Origin: Phycisphaerales bacterium
GTDB lineage: Bacteria; Planctomycetota; Phycisphaerae; Phycisphaerales; UBA5793
Assembly (NCBI GenBank): GCA_044229655.1
Contig: JBGASM010000009.1
Span: forward strand, 31,708-95,707
Direction of reading: 5' to 3'
DNA: 64,000 nt
Positions 36,890 to 47,005 of the stretch are shown here, piece by piece (position 1 is the stretch's first letter; the number at the start of each line of letters is the position of its first letter). Position numbers and translations under genes: made by a program. The notes beneath the pieces were generated by a model that did no database searches, was not told the DNA's origin, and was given only the letters and a program-made list of their open reading frames with translations.

Positions 36890-38782
36890 CTATTTCACCC
36901 GCACCGACATGACCGGGATTCTGGTCAGATGGCGCAATTCGGATGCGGTTGAGCCCCGCAAGAGGTCGCCCAAGAGACGATGTCCGTGACTGCCGGTCAC
37001 GATGAGGTCCAGTTTCTCCTCTTCAGCAATGCGAGCGATCTCATGTTCGGCCTCGCCGGCGCCAAGCCTCGTCGTGCAGGCCACGCCTGAAGCCCGCACA
37101 GCCTGCGCGGCGTTGAGCAAATAGCGTGCATCGGCCAGGGACTCCTGGTCGGCAGCGGACCGTCCAAGGTAACGAGCGGCAGCACTCTCGACGACATGGA
37201 TCAGCACGAGGTCGGCGCCGGAGGCGCGGGCCAGAGGAAGCACCTGCTCCATAATGGCCGCATCGTTGGGCCCAGCCTCAAGCGCAACTCCGATGCGCCG
37301 ATATGTGCCGGGCAGCGTGGCGACAACAGATTCAGAGGAAAGAAGCAACTCGTCGGGGCCCCGGGTGGGTTTCTCGCGGCGTGAACGGGGAATCAGCGGC
37401 TCGAAGACCATCCATGCCAGGAGCGGCATGAGGACGACGGACACAGGTAGGAGAATGTATTCAATGATCCAGTTGTCCTGGTTGACTCCGTCGCGGATGG
37501 TTTCGTACACAAGTTTGACATTGAGACTGATGATGATGGCCGCGACGATCCACGCCAGGATGCGCGCCCACACCGGCAGCGCGAACGCACCCATCTTGGA
37601 CTTGTCACTGGCGAAGTGAATCAAGGGGACAACTGCGAAGGAGAGTTGGAGCGAGAGAATGACCTGGGAAAGGATGAGAAGCGGATCCACGCCCGCGTCG
37701 CCCTTCCACAGTATGACGAGCACAGCCGGGATAATGGCGATGAGGCGGGTAATGAGGCGGCGGAGCCAGGGGCGCAACCGGACGTGGATGAAGCCTTCCA
37801 TGACAATCTGGCCGGCCAGGGTTCCGGTGATGGTGGAGGATTGACCAGCGGCCAACAGCGCCAGAGCAAAGGCGATGGGCGCGATTTTCGAACCGAGGAT
37901 GGGCTCAAGAAGGGAGTGCGCCTCTTCAAGCGTGGCCACATTCTGATGTCCGCTGCGGAAGAAGGCGGCGGCCGCGAGGATCAAAATAGCCGCGTTGACA
38001 AAGAATGCACCATTCAGTGCGACCACAGAGTCGATCAGATTGAATCGATTCGCCTGGGCAAGGCCGCCGGGCGAGCGATCCACTTTTCGCGACTGAACGA
38101 GGGCTGAGTGCAAATAGAGATTGTGGGGCATCACGGTGGCGCCGATGATGCCGATGGCGATGTACAGAGCATCGTCGGAAAGAACGCTGGGCTTGAACCC
38201 AGTGACGATTTCGCCCAGAGGCGGTTTGGAGAGAAACATCTCGACGGCGAAACACGCGCCGATGGTGGCGACGAGCGTGAGGATGAAGGCCTCCATTCTG
38301 CGGATGCCGTAGGCCTGGAGCAGCAGCAGGATCATGACATCAAAAGCGGTGATCACGACGCCGGCGAGGATTGAAACTCCAAACAGGAGGTGCAGGCCGA
38401 TCGCGGAACCGAGCACTTCGGCGAGGTCGCAGGCGGCAATGGCGATCTCGCAGAGAATCCAGAGAACGAAGGCGATGGGTTTGGGATAGTGCTCGCGGCA
38501 GGCCTGAGCCAGGTCACGGCCATGAACGATGCCCAGACGAGCAGAAAGCGTCTGCAGGAGGATGGCCATCAAGTTGGAAAGGAGGATGACCCAGATCAGG
38601 CTGTAGCCAAACTTTGCCCCAGCAGCCAGATCAGTCGCCCAATTTCCCGGGTCCATATACCCAACCGAGACCATGAAAGCTGGACCGCTGAAGGTGAAGA
38701 GGCGACGAAGGAATGAAGCCTCGTGGGCCACATGAACGCTTTCATGGACTTCGGGGAGGGAACGATGCGGAATAATGCTCAT
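36890..38782 (-). CDS. mntH: Nramp divalent metal transporter MntH with C-terminal universal stress protein domain
   Basis: YMDPGNW, GATVMPHNLYLHS, QSSTITGT; USP LIHVVE...LIVTGSHGH...GSTA. Confidence 0.96.
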   Translation of the reverse strand: MSIIPHRSLPEVHESVHVAHEASFLRRLFTFSGPAFMVSVGYMDPGNWATDLAAGAKFGYSLIWVILLSNLMAILLQTLSARLGIVHGRDLAQACREHYPKPIAFVLWILCEIAIAACDLAEVLGSAIGLHLLFGVSILAGVVITAFDVMILLLLQAYGIRRMEAFILTLVATIGACFAVEMFLSKPPLGEIVTGFKPSVLSDDALYIAIGIIGATVMPHNLYLHSALVQSRKVDRSPGGLAQANRFNLIDSVVALNGAFFVNAAILILAAAAFFRSGHQNVATLEEAHSLLEPILGSKIAPIAFALALLAAGQSSTITGTLAGQIVMEGFIHVRLRPWLRRLITRLIAIIPAVLVILWKGDAGVDPLLILSQVILSLQLSFAVVPLIHFASDKSKMGAFALPVWARILAWIVAAIIISLNVKLVYETIRDGVNQDNWIIEYILLPVSVVLMPLLAWMVFEPLIPRSRREKPTRGPDELLLSSESVVATLPGTYRRIGVALEAGPNDAAIMEQVLPLARASGADLVLIHVVESAAARYLGRSAADQESLADARYLLNAAQAVRASGVACTTRLGAGEAEHEIARIAEEEKLDLIVTGSHGHRLLGDLLRGSTASELRHLTRIPVMSVRVK

Positions 38783-38806
38783 GGGAATGGCCGATCTGGA
38801 GAAGTG

Positions 38807-38830
38807 CGAATGTAGCCTATGCTACATTCG
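38807..38830. promoter_or_regulatory. DtxR/MntR-type operator upstream of mntH
   Basis: Perfect 10-bp arms CGAATGTAGC-CTAT-GCTACATTCG, 24 nt upstream of the mntH ATG. Confidence 0.75.
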
Positions 38831-38867
38831 GCTCCGCGGCCACCTCTCTTGAAAAAAGCTTTGTGAA

Positions 38868-40166
38868 TCACGTGGATTTGATCAGCAGGGCCGGTCGCAC
38901 CGGTCCGCCCAGCACAGGCTCAATCGGAGCCTTCATCCAGTCTTTGAGAATTCCGGCGTAGATGCTGCGGAAATCGAGCGCGTACTTGAGGTCGCCCTCG
39001 TCGAGGTCGGTCAGCGATGGGTGATTTCCGATGACGCCCGGGCGGACCATAGGGCCTGCAAGGAACATCGGGGCGGCCGTGCCGTGGTCTGTGCCGTTGG
39101 AAGCGTTCTGACCGACGCGGCGACCAAACTCGCTGAAGGTCATCGTCAGTACGCGAGAATCATTGCCTTGCTTCTTGAGATCCTCGTAAAAGGCCTTGAG
39201 TGAGGAGGAGAGCGCTGCGAGCAGATTCGCATGCGTGCCGGGCTGAGCGGCGTGGGTGTCGAATCCGCCGAGCGTGACGTAGTAGACGCGGGTGGGGAGA
39301 CCTGCGCGGATCATTGCGGCGACCATGCGCAACTGGGGCGCGAGCGCATTGCCGGGATACTGGACGAGCGGATCGGCCGCGACGGCCTTGCGTATGGCGG
39401 CGCTGGCTGCGCGCGCATCCAGCGCGGTCCGGGTGAGAAAATCCAGCTGGCCTTCCGGCGAGTGCGTGCCGGCCGCGCGATCGGCGTCGGTTGCATCGGT
39501 CTGGAGGAGAGATTCGTAGCGTTCGTCGAGCCTGGGATCGACATCGCCTCCCAGCCAACGGAAAAGGTCGGGCGTCTCGAAACTCACGGGCTTAAAGGAG
39601 TCCCCGAGCATGGCATGGGGCGCATTGCGACCGAGGGCGATGCCCCCTGCGGGATCGGGGCTTCCTTTGCACGTGCAATCGAAGTAGCGGCCGATCCAGC
39701 CCGTGCCATTGGGGCGGAGCGGGTCTCCGGAAGACCAGATATCTGTCGACGTGAAGTGCGATCGATTCGGATTGGGATAGCCGACCCCTTGCACAAGCGA
39801 AAGGAGCCCATCGTCGTAGAGGTCCTTCATGGGCGCCAAGGAGGGGTGCATGCCGAGATCATCAGAGCCACTCAAGCGCAGCACGTTGTTCTTCTGAATT
39901 GCGATTGCGGGGCGAGCGCGGTAATAGGCGTCCATGCCGTAGGGGACGACGGTATTCAAGCCGTCATTTCCGCCAGCCAACTGGATGACGACGAGGATGC
40001 GATCCTGCGGCACGCCGGCCAGTGAGGTGAGCGAAACCAAGAGGCTGGGGTCCGGGGCCAAACCCAACGCTGACCGAGAAATGAAGGCAGGCACAGAAGC
40101 CGCAGAAGAGAGGAGCGTGAGCCCGGTCTGCAGAAACGCGCGGCGAGTGAAGGGAGATGGGGTCAT
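38868..40166 (-). CDS. DUF1501 domain protein with Tat signal
   Basis: TRRAFL twin-arginine; QLAGGNDGLNT, PNRSHF, GGFDTH, FSEFGRR, GTDHG. Confidence 0.93.
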   Translation of the reverse strand: MTPSPFTRRAFLQTGLTLLSSAASVPAFISRSALGLAPDPSLLVSLTSLAGVPQDRILVVIQLAGGNDGLNTVVPYGMDAYYRARPAIAIQKNNVLRLSGSDDLGMHPSLAPMKDLYDDGLLSLVQGVGYPNPNRSHFTSTDIWSSGDPLRPNGTGWIGRYFDCTCKGSPDPAGGIALGRNAPHAMLGDSFKPVSFETPDLFRWLGGDVDPRLDERYESLLQTDATDADRAAGTHSPEGQLDFLTRTALDARAASAAIRKAVAADPLVQYPGNALAPQLRMVAAMIRAGLPTRVYYVTLGGFDTHAAQPGTHANLLAALSSSLKAFYEDLKKQGNDSRVLTMTFSEFGRRVGQNASNGTDHGTAAPMFLAGPMVRPGVIGNHPSLTDLDEGDLKYALDFRSIYAGILKDWMKAPIEPVLGGPVRPALLIKST

Positions 40167-40192
40167 GTTTAAATTCTCACGGAAGGCACCGC

Positions 40193-40363
40193 TTATTGTC
40201 TCACGGAACGGCGATATCCCTGCGCCAGACACAGGCAGGACCCGATCAGGACGCACAGCCAGGCCACAACAATGCCGCCGTCCCAAGAGGCGAGCACCCA
40301 CCCGCCGCCGCCAAAGGCAAGGAGCAGCGCCCCGAGCAATCCAATGTTCAACCTGTGATTCAT
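40193..40363 (-). CDS. Small two-TM membrane protein (56 aa)
   Basis: ATG 40363 with GGAG RBS; two hydrophobic helices and basic tail; fits between DUF1800 and DUF1501. Confidence 0.55.
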   Translation of the reverse strand: MNHRLNIGLLGALLLAFGGGGWVLASWDGGIVVAWLCVLIGSCLCLAQGYRRSVRQ

Positions 40364-40380
40364 GGGCAGTAACTCCACTA

Positions 40381-41877
40381 TCAGCACAACTGGTACTCGG
40401 GCAGAGAAGTGATGAGGCACAACGCGCGAATCACGCAGTCGTTGTCAATTTGATTTCCGGCGGAGCGGATGTACTCGGCAACGAAGTTCACCCGGTCGGA
40501 GGCGGCGGGGCGTGCCAAGGCCACTTCCAGCAGGTGACGGGAGACGGCCACGGGATCTGACCGGGAAGAGCCTTCGTCCATGGAATCGAGAAGGGCAAGG
40601 GCGTTGAAGACTCGGCCAGCGACCTGGGTTGAATAGCCGGCGGGCATGCGGCCGGTCAGCAGGTGGGTCAAGAGGTTTTGACGGACGTACAGCGTGGAGG
40701 TGTTGATCCAGGATCGGCCACCGTCCCAGCCCTTGACACTGGGAGGGAAGAAGAGGTTCTGCCCCATGAGATCCGTCGCCTCCGCAATGATTCCGGGGTC
40801 GGCAGTCTGCATGCCAAACGTGCGGACGGCACCCACGGCCAGCATGTACGGGCTCTTGACCAAGGCACCGACGTTGCGGTCATCGTAGAAGTGCCGGGAG
40901 GAAAACAGCGTGGTCAGCATCGGTCGAAGCGAGTAGGCATCGCGCCGGAAGAGTTTGGCCCACGCGGAGATGAATGACTGCGCTTCCCGATCGGGGCCGG
41001 AGGGCAGGTCATTTACGAAGAATCGATAGAGTTTCAGGGCGAGGTACTCAGCCACCGCATTCCGGCCGAGCACGATACGTGCGAAGTCATCGCCGCTGAA
41101 ATTGCCGGCTTTTCCAAGAATGCGTTTGAGGGCCTGGTCGTGCCAGTCGTTGCGATACGCGAAGGCGTTTCCGGAAAAGGTATAGCCGGTGAGGCAACGT
41201 GCGCCTTCCTTGATGTCCTGCTCGGAGTAGCCGCTGCCCTCGCCCATGGTGAAGAGTTCCATGAACTCGCGGGCAAGGTTCTCGTTGGGATGCTCCTTGT
41301 GAGATTCGTTGTTGTCGAGGTACTTGAGCATCGCGGGATCGCGCAGGATGGAGATGGCCAGGTCCGCGAAATTTCCGAGAGCCTGCGACCGGAACAACTG
41401 GTTCTGCAGGAACATGTGGTAAGAGTTTTCGACGGTGCGATACCCGGTGGCGAAGTGGCCGTGAAAGAAGAGCGTCATCTTCTCTTCGAGCGGGCGGTCG
41501 GTCTGCACCAGACGCTTGATCCACCACTTGCGAATCTCGACGATCTGGGCACGGTCGGCGATCTCCTTCTGGGTTCGGAGCATGCGAAACCGCTCAATCG
41601 CGGCTTCATCCTGCATCTGCAGGGCGCGGCGATAGGCGAGCCGCTCCTCGGGCGAGGGCTCGCTCATGATCGACCCGTTAAAGAGGGCAGGATCGGGAGT
41701 GTCTGGTTGCGTGCCGGTGCAGTTGACGAGATGATCTACGGACTTTTCGAGTCCCCAGCCGGCGAGGAGCTTGATTTGCGCGGGGGTTCCGCCGAAGCCT
41801 GCGCGGTTGAGCAGGTGGGCTGCGTGCCACGGGGAGAAGTCTTTGGGATCGAGCGGTTCGAGCAGCCGGTCGGCCAT
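40381..41877 (-). CDS. DUF1800 domain protein
   Basis: HLLNRAGFG, EKMTLFFHGHFAT, PAMLKYLDN, PNENLAREFMELFTMG, PPSVKGW, LPEYQLC. Confidence 0.94.
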   Translation of the reverse strand: MADRLLEPLDPKDFSPWHAAHLLNRAGFGGTPAQIKLLAGWGLEKSVDHLVNCTGTQPDTPDPALFNGSIMSEPSPEERLAYRRALQMQDEAAIERFRMLRTQKEIADRAQIVEIRKWWIKRLVQTDRPLEEKMTLFFHGHFATGYRTVENSYHMFLQNQLFRSQALGNFADLAISILRDPAMLKYLDNNESHKEHPNENLAREFMELFTMGEGSGYSEQDIKEGARCLTGYTFSGNAFAYRNDWHDQALKRILGKAGNFSGDDFARIVLGRNAVAEYLALKLYRFFVNDLPSGPDREAQSFISAWAKLFRRDAYSLRPMLTTLFSSRHFYDDRNVGALVKSPYMLAVGAVRTFGMQTADPGIIAEATDLMGQNLFFPPSVKGWDGGRSWINTSTLYVRQNLLTHLLTGRMPAGYSTQVAGRVFNALALLDSMDEGSSRSDPVAVSRHLLEVALARPAASDRVNFVAEYIRSAGNQIDNDCVIRALCLITSLPEYQLC

Positions 41878-41937
41878 GTTGCACACCTCAGCACAGGTGA
41901 GAACGAGCGAGAGTGCGGGAGTATTGCGTCGTGGGGC

Positions 41938-42528
41938 TCACAAACCTAATCGGCGAACCGCGGCCATCAGGCCGAGTTGGGTGACGGCGTCGGTGATCTG
42001 ACCGTGGAGAGACATGTGGAGGGCTTCGGAAAGGCTGACCCAACGGAGCGCCAGTTCCTCGCATCCTTCCGGGGCGGGATCGCCTTGCGTGAGGTTGCGG
42101 GCGAGGTAGATGTAGCAGACTTCGTTGGTGATGCAGTTGGAGAGGTGCGACTTGAGGAGAAGTTCCCAGGACGATGCGCGCAGGCCTGACTCCTCCAGCA
42201 ATTCTCGTTTGGCGGCTGCGAGGGGTTCCTCGCCAAGCGGCGCGCCGCCCTCGGGGAGTTCCCACGAATAGGCGTTGAGGGGGTAACGCCATTGGCCGAC
42301 GAGAGGGATGCGGCCGTCATCGCGGAGGGCGACAATGCCGGTGGCGGCATTTCGAAACTCGACGACTCCATAAATGCCCGGCCTGCCATCGGGCTGGAGA
42401 ACCTGGTCCTCGCGGACCGTGATCCACGGATTCTCGTAGACACGGCGGGACGAACGCGTGGTCCATGGATTCACCGGATGATGGGCGTCGAGGTCTTTCA
42501 CGAGGAGCAGCGAGCCGGAGCCGGACAT
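41938..42528 (-). CDS. NUDIX hydrolase (ADP-ribose pyrophosphatase-like)
   Basis: WELPEGG...AAKRELLEESG Nudix box, VYENPW, QWRYP; start uncertain (42528/42501/42474). Confidence 0.92.
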   Translation of the reverse strand: MSGSGSLLLVKDLDAHHPVNPWTTRSSRRVYENPWITVREDQVLQPDGRPGIYGVVEFRNAATGIVALRDDGRIPLVGQWRYPLNAYSWELPEGGAPLGEEPLAAAKRELLEESGLRASSWELLLKSHLSNCITNEVCYIYLARNLTQGDPAPEGCEELALRWVSLSEALHMSLHGQITDAVTQLGLMAAVRRLGL

Positions 42529-42642
42529 GACAAGAATATCGGCCCGTTGGTGGGTGGAGCGTTCCAGAACCAGAAGCATGATCGTGTTCAGGGTCTGGTA
42601 TGGCCGGATAACTGCTGTCGGCGGCGCGTACACTCCCGCATC

Positions 42643-43941
42643 GTGACGAGTCAGTCCCCCATCACAATTGCGGTCGTGGGCCTGGGATACGTGGGGTTGC
42701 CGCTGTGCATGGCCTTTCACAAGGCGGGCCAGCGCGTGATTGGGATGGACAACGACCCGCGCAAGGTGGCGGCCCTGCGACGAGGCGAGAGTTATCTCAA
42801 GCATCTGGGCGAGGAGGAAGTGAAGGGACTGGCGGCGTCGGAGCGATTCCGCGCGACAAGCGAGCCTGCGGAGATTGCGGATGCGGATGCGATTCTGGTC
42901 TGCGTTCCGACGCCGCTCAATGAGGCACACGAGCCGGACCTCTCGTTTGTCACATCCACGATGGAAGTCGTGGCGGCGCAGCTCAAAGCGCGGAGCGCGG
43001 AACGCACGCCAGCCCTGGTGGTGCTCGAGTCGACGACGTATCCAGGCACGACGCGCGAGCTAGTGAAGCCGATTCTCGACAAGGCACGGGCGCCTTACCT
43101 GCTGGGATACAGCCCGGAGCGAGTTGACCCAGGGCGGGCCGACCCGCTTGAGGGGATCCCAAAGATCGTGGCCGGAATCGACGAAGCCTCGAAGCAGGCC
43201 GCAACAGACGTCTACGGGCGCGCGTTTGCGCGGGTCGTTCCCGTGTCATCGTGCGAAGTGGCTGAGGCGGCCAAGCTGCTCGAAAACATCTACCGCGCGG
43301 TCAACATCGCATTGGTCAATGAAATGAAGGTCGTATTGGAGCGCCTGGGAATAGACATCTGGGAAGTGCTCGATGCCGCCGCGACCAAGCCGTACGGCTA
43401 TCAGCGCTTCGACCCCGGGCCCGGGCTGGGCGGTCACTGCATTCCCATTGATCCGTTCTACCTTGCTTGGAAAGCGCGCAGCGCAGGGATTGAGGCGCGG
43501 TTCATCGAGTTGGCCGGCCGGGTCAATCATGAGATGCCGGGGCGGGTCGCAGAGATCGCGTTGCGCGCCATGGGCGGAGCGCATCGCGCCGACGGAAGCG
43601 CACGGCAGGTACTCATTCTCGGGTTGGCATACAAACCCGACATTGACGATGTCCGCGAGTCGCCGTCATTTGAACTCATTGATCTGCTGACGGAGGCGGG
43701 GTGCAGCGTCGAGTACTCCGACCCGCACGTGCCGCGCACGCACTTCATGCGGCGTTGGGGAGACCTGAACAAGGAGAGCGTCCAATTGACCCCCGGGCGG
43801 CTTGCACAGGCTGACGCCGTGATCGTGGCGACCGCCCATAGCGCGTTTGACTGGGCAGCCATCGCGCGCCACAGTGCCCTCATCATCGACACGCGCAACG
43901 CCCTGGCCGACTTTCCCAAGGCCCGGGTGGTCAAGGCGTGA
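42643..43941 (+). CDS. Nucleotide-sugar (UDP-N-acetylhexosamine) 6-dehydrogenase, WbpA/TviB type
   Basis: GLGYVG, CVPTP, ESTTYPG, SPER, GPGLGGHCIPIDP, LGLAYKPDIDDVRESP; GTG start. Confidence 0.95.
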   Translation: MTSQSPITIAVVGLGYVGLPLCMAFHKAGQRVIGMDNDPRKVAALRRGESYLKHLGEEEVKGLAASERFRATSEPAEIADADAILVCVPTPLNEAHEPDLSFVTSTMEVVAAQLKARSAERTPALVVLESTTYPGTTRELVKPILDKARAPYLLGYSPERVDPGRADPLEGIPKIVAGIDEASKQAATDVYGRAFARVVPVSSCEVAEAAKLLENIYRAVNIALVNEMKVVLERLGIDIWEVLDAAATKPYGYQRFDPGPGLGGHCIPIDPFYLAWKARSAGIEARFIELAGRVNHEMPGRVAEIALRAMGGAHRADGSARQVLILGLAYKPDIDDVRESPSFELIDLLTEAGCSVEYSDPHVPRTHFMRRWGDLNKESVQLTPGRLAQADAVIVATAHSAFDWAAIARHSALIIDTRNALADFPKARVVKA

Positions 43942-43992
43942 GCATGACGTGCCGGAGAGGCCAAACCAGCACTACACTCCTTGCTCAACAGC

Positions 43993-44961
43993 ATGTCCAC
44001 ATCGATTGATCAACTCCTGCTTCATGCCGCAGACGAACTGGACGCGGGCCGACACGTCGCACTGTGCCTGTTGGCGCGCACGCAGGGATCAACGCCAGCC
44101 CAAGCGGGCGCACTGATGGTGGTCACCAGCGACTCCCAGATGATCGGGACGATCGGCGGGGGTTGTGTCGAAGCGGAGGTCCGGCGGACCGTGCTGGGCA
44201 TGCTCAGCGAGCAGCGAACTGGCACACTTGAGTACCAGTTGAACCACGATTATGGCTGGGACGATGGGCTCATCTGCGGTGGATCAATCGAGATCGCCGT
44301 GGGATTGCCCACATGCAGCGGCGAACTACGGGCCGTCGCCGCCGCGCACCGGATGCGACAAGCCACGCAACTCGAGATACAGGTCGAAACGCCTGAGTCA
44401 GGGTCCCTGCGCCGTTACGCACTCCGCATCGACCCACGTCCACGGCTGCTCATCGCGGGCGCCGGCCATGTCGGGGCAGCCCTGGCGGAGTATGCCGCAG
44501 GTTTGGAGTTTGATGTCACGGTGTTTGACGACCGCGCGGACTTGCTGGCGCGGATCGTAAGAGGTGTGGTCCAAGGAGTAGCGGGGCCGATCGCGGAGAC
44601 ATTGGCCCGAGCAGCGATCGATGGGGACACGTACATCGTCATCGTGACGCGAGGGCATCGACACGACGAAGAAGCGCTCAAGGCGGTGATCGATTCGCCG
44701 GCGCGGTATATCGGCATGATCGGTTCGCGGCGCAAGGTCAAACTCACGTTTGATGATCTGCGTGCCATGGGAGTGGAAGCGAGCAGGCTGGCGCGCGTCC
44801 ACGCGCCCATCGGAGTGCCGATTCATTCCGTCACCGTGCGAGAGATCGCACTCTCGATTGCTGCGCAACTTGTCGCGGTTCGTCGCGAAGGATTCAGATC
44901 ACCCGTCACCATGACCGAAGGGGTCGGGACGCCCGAACCGGCTGGAGCGGAAGTTCAGTGA
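43993..44961 (+). CDS. XdhC/CoxI family molybdoenzyme accessory protein
   Basis: GSTP, GTIGGGCVE, GLICGG, GAGHVG, TRGH, YIGMIGSRRK, HAPIG. Confidence 0.93.
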   Translation: MSTSIDQLLLHAADELDAGRHVALCLLARTQGSTPAQAGALMVVTSDSQMIGTIGGGCVEAEVRRTVLGMLSEQRTGTLEYQLNHDYGWDDGLICGGSIEIAVGLPTCSGELRAVAAAHRMRQATQLEIQVETPESGSLRRYALRIDPRPRLLIAGAGHVGAALAEYAAGLEFDVTVFDDRADLLARIVRGVVQGVAGPIAETLARAAIDGDTYIVIVTRGHRHDEEALKAVIDSPARYIGMIGSRRKVKLTFDDLRAMGVEASRLARVHAPIGVPIHSVTVREIALSIAAQLVAVRREGFRSPVTMTEGVGTPEPAGAEVQ

Positions 44962-46061
44962 CCTGCGCACCTGCTGAACACGCAACCGAGGACAGTCTGA
45001 TCCTCGGGATTGAGTCGTCCTGTGATGAAACGGCTGCGGCGGTCGTGGGCGGGGGGCGTGTGGTCCTCTCCAATGTCATCGCCACACAAGCCGAACTGCA
45101 CGTCGAATACGGCGGAGTGGTGCCGGAGATTGCGAGTCGGGCGCATATTGAGCGGATCGCTCCGGTGGTGCAGCGAGCATTGAGCGACGCAGGGCTCACG
45201 TGGGAATCGGCTCCGGATCGACTGGCCGCCATTGCCGTGGGCCATCGTCCGGGCCTGATCGGATCGCTGCTCATCGGAGTGACTGCGGCCAAAGCGCTGG
45301 CCTGGGCGTGGGGGCTACCACTCATCGGCGTCGATCACATCATGGCGCATCTTCACGCGGGCTCCTTGAACACGAGTCCGCCCTGTTTTCCTGCGTTGGG
45401 ACTGGTCGTGTCCGGCGGACACACATCGCTTTTTCGCATGCGCGGGCCGACCGAGATGGACCTTCTCGGCAGGACGATTGATGACGCGATCGGAGAGGCG
45501 TATGACAAAGCGGCGATCATGCTCGGGTTGGGATTTCCGGGCGGCCCTATCGTGGATCAGCGCGCCCGACTGGGTGATCCTACTGCGGAACAATTTCCGG
45601 TTTCCATGCTCGGGAAGGCCAGTCTGGACTTCTCGTTTTCAGGTCTCAAGACGGCGCTGCTCTACGCCGTACGGGGCCTGCCGGAAGGGCGCGGCAAAGG
45701 TGCGACGTTTACCCGCGACGCCAGCGATCTGGCGCAGCAGCGAATCAATGACCTGTGTGCATCGTTCCAAGCGGCAGCGGTTGACGCCGTCATGCTCAAG
45801 GTTGAGCGCGCGCTGGAGGCTGAACGCGCGCGGGGAAGTGACATTCAGGCACTGATTCTCGGCGGGGGAGTCAGCGCGAATTCACACCTTCGCGGCGAGG
45901 CGCGGGCGCTGGCTGCGCGCCGCGGACTGTGCCTGCACCTGCCAGCCCAGGCATACTGCGTGGACAATGCAGCCATGATTGCCGGGCTGGGGTATCACCT
46001 GTGGAAGTCCGGACACAGGGACGGGCTCGAACTCGCCGCCACGCCGGCAGGAACATTCTGA
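44958..46061 (+). CDS. tsaD: tRNA N6-adenosine threonylcarbamoyltransferase TsaD
   Basis: ILGIESSCDET, GGVVPEIASRAH, HIMAH, VSGGHT, DDAIGEAYDK, FSFSGLKT, DNAAMI. Confidence 0.98.
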   Translation: MTCAPAEHATEDSLILGIESSCDETAAAVVGGGRVVLSNVIATQAELHVEYGGVVPEIASRAHIERIAPVVQRALSDAGLTWESAPDRLAAIAVGHRPGLIGSLLIGVTAAKALAWAWGLPLIGVDHIMAHLHAGSLNTSPPCFPALGLVVSGGHTSLFRMRGPTEMDLLGRTIDDAIGEAYDKAAIMLGLGFPGGPIVDQRARLGDPTAEQFPVSMLGKASLDFSFSGLKTALLYAVRGLPEGRGKGATFTRDASDLAQQRINDLCASFQAAAVDAVMLKVERALEAERARGSDIQALILGGGVSANSHLRGEARALAARRGLCLHLPAQAYCVDNAAMIAGLGYHLWKSGHRDGLELAATPAGTF

Positions 46062-46064
46062 GTA

Positions 46065-46292
46065 CTAGAGGTCGGACAGGTTGCGCCCGACCAAAGCAAG
46101 AACGGCAAGTGTTGCTGCAAAGACTCCCCACAGCAGGAGTAACGACGAGACAAAATACGGGTAGACGCACAGGAACAGTCCGGCAGACAACATGCGCAGA
46201 TTGACCTCGCGACGGCCATGATTGAGCACCATCAATCCGACGAGTCCGATCAGCAGACCGGATGCCAGCAGCCAAGGGTTGTCGACAGTCAT
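46065..46292 (-). CDS. Small membrane protein (75 aa)
   Basis: Three hydrophobic segments, YPYFV motif, AAGGA RBS. Confidence 0.7.
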   Translation of the reverse strand: MTVDNPWLLASGLLIGLVGLMVLNHGRREVNLRMLSAGLFLCVYPYFVSSLLLLWGVFAATLAVLALVGRNLSDL

Positions 46293-46433
46293 CAGGTCAT
46301 CCTTAGTAGAACCACCTCATGGCATCGGCCATTCCCATACATGCGGTCACATATTGCCCACGAACTGTGTGAGTTCGCATCGGCGCAGACCACTGTATGG
46401 ACCGAGAACGCAGCGCCGCTGCTGCTCGACCTG

Positions 46434-46988
46434 TCAGCCGACGAGACTATGGGCCAGCGTGCGGGAGACGTTGAGGTATGGTTGCGCGATCCGCGTCGTT
46501 TCATACCACGCGATCGGACGGGGGTTCGCGTCAATTCTGCGGGAGAGCCAACGAATGCGACGCAGATCTGCAACCGCGCGCGATAGCGCGCGGTCCGTCA
46601 CCTTGGGAAGCCTGTCGCGCAGCTGAGCGAAGCGGGCCGGATCCCGTTCCGCCGCCAGGAGCAGCGGAAACGACCACTTGCGCAGTCCAATTTCGCGCGC
46701 CGCCGCTCCGTCGAGCATCTGATCGAGCTTGAGGCAAGGGTCGGAAATTCTCCGACCTGCATCGGTCAACACGTACTCGGGACGGAGCGGATGGCCATAG
46801 CCAGAGTTGGCCATGACCCAGCCCGCGGCGCAAGCCGAATCAATGGTCTGACGGAGAACCGGAGGGCTGACGGCCAGACGGTGAGAGAGCGTAATGAACC
46901 GCTCGCCATCCCGCCGCGCGAGTTCCGCGATGAGTGGGACGGTCCAGCGATGGTGAAAGATACGAGCCAGTTCGGGGGTAATGAGCAT
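46434..46988 (-). CDS. Regulator with two tandem HxlR-type winged-helix domains
   Basis: RWTVPLI...RF..L...EYVLT, repeated as KWSFPLL...RFAQL...WYETT. Confidence 0.8.
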   Translation of the reverse strand: MLITPELARIFHHRWTVPLIAELARRDGERFITLSHRLAVSPPVLRQTIDSACAAGWVMANSGYGHPLRPEYVLTDAGRRISDPCLKLDQMLDGAAAREIGLRKWSFPLLLAAERDPARFAQLRDRLPKVTDRALSRAVADLRRIRWLSRRIDANPRPIAWYETTRIAQPYLNVSRTLAHSLVG

Positions 46989-47005
46989 GACGACCGGGCT
47001 GCCAA

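Noticed and set aside
42292-42930. Apparent head-to-head overlap of the NUDIX and dehydrogenase ORFs
   Set aside because: Artefact of longest-ORF start calling; trimmed starts leave a normal divergent gap.
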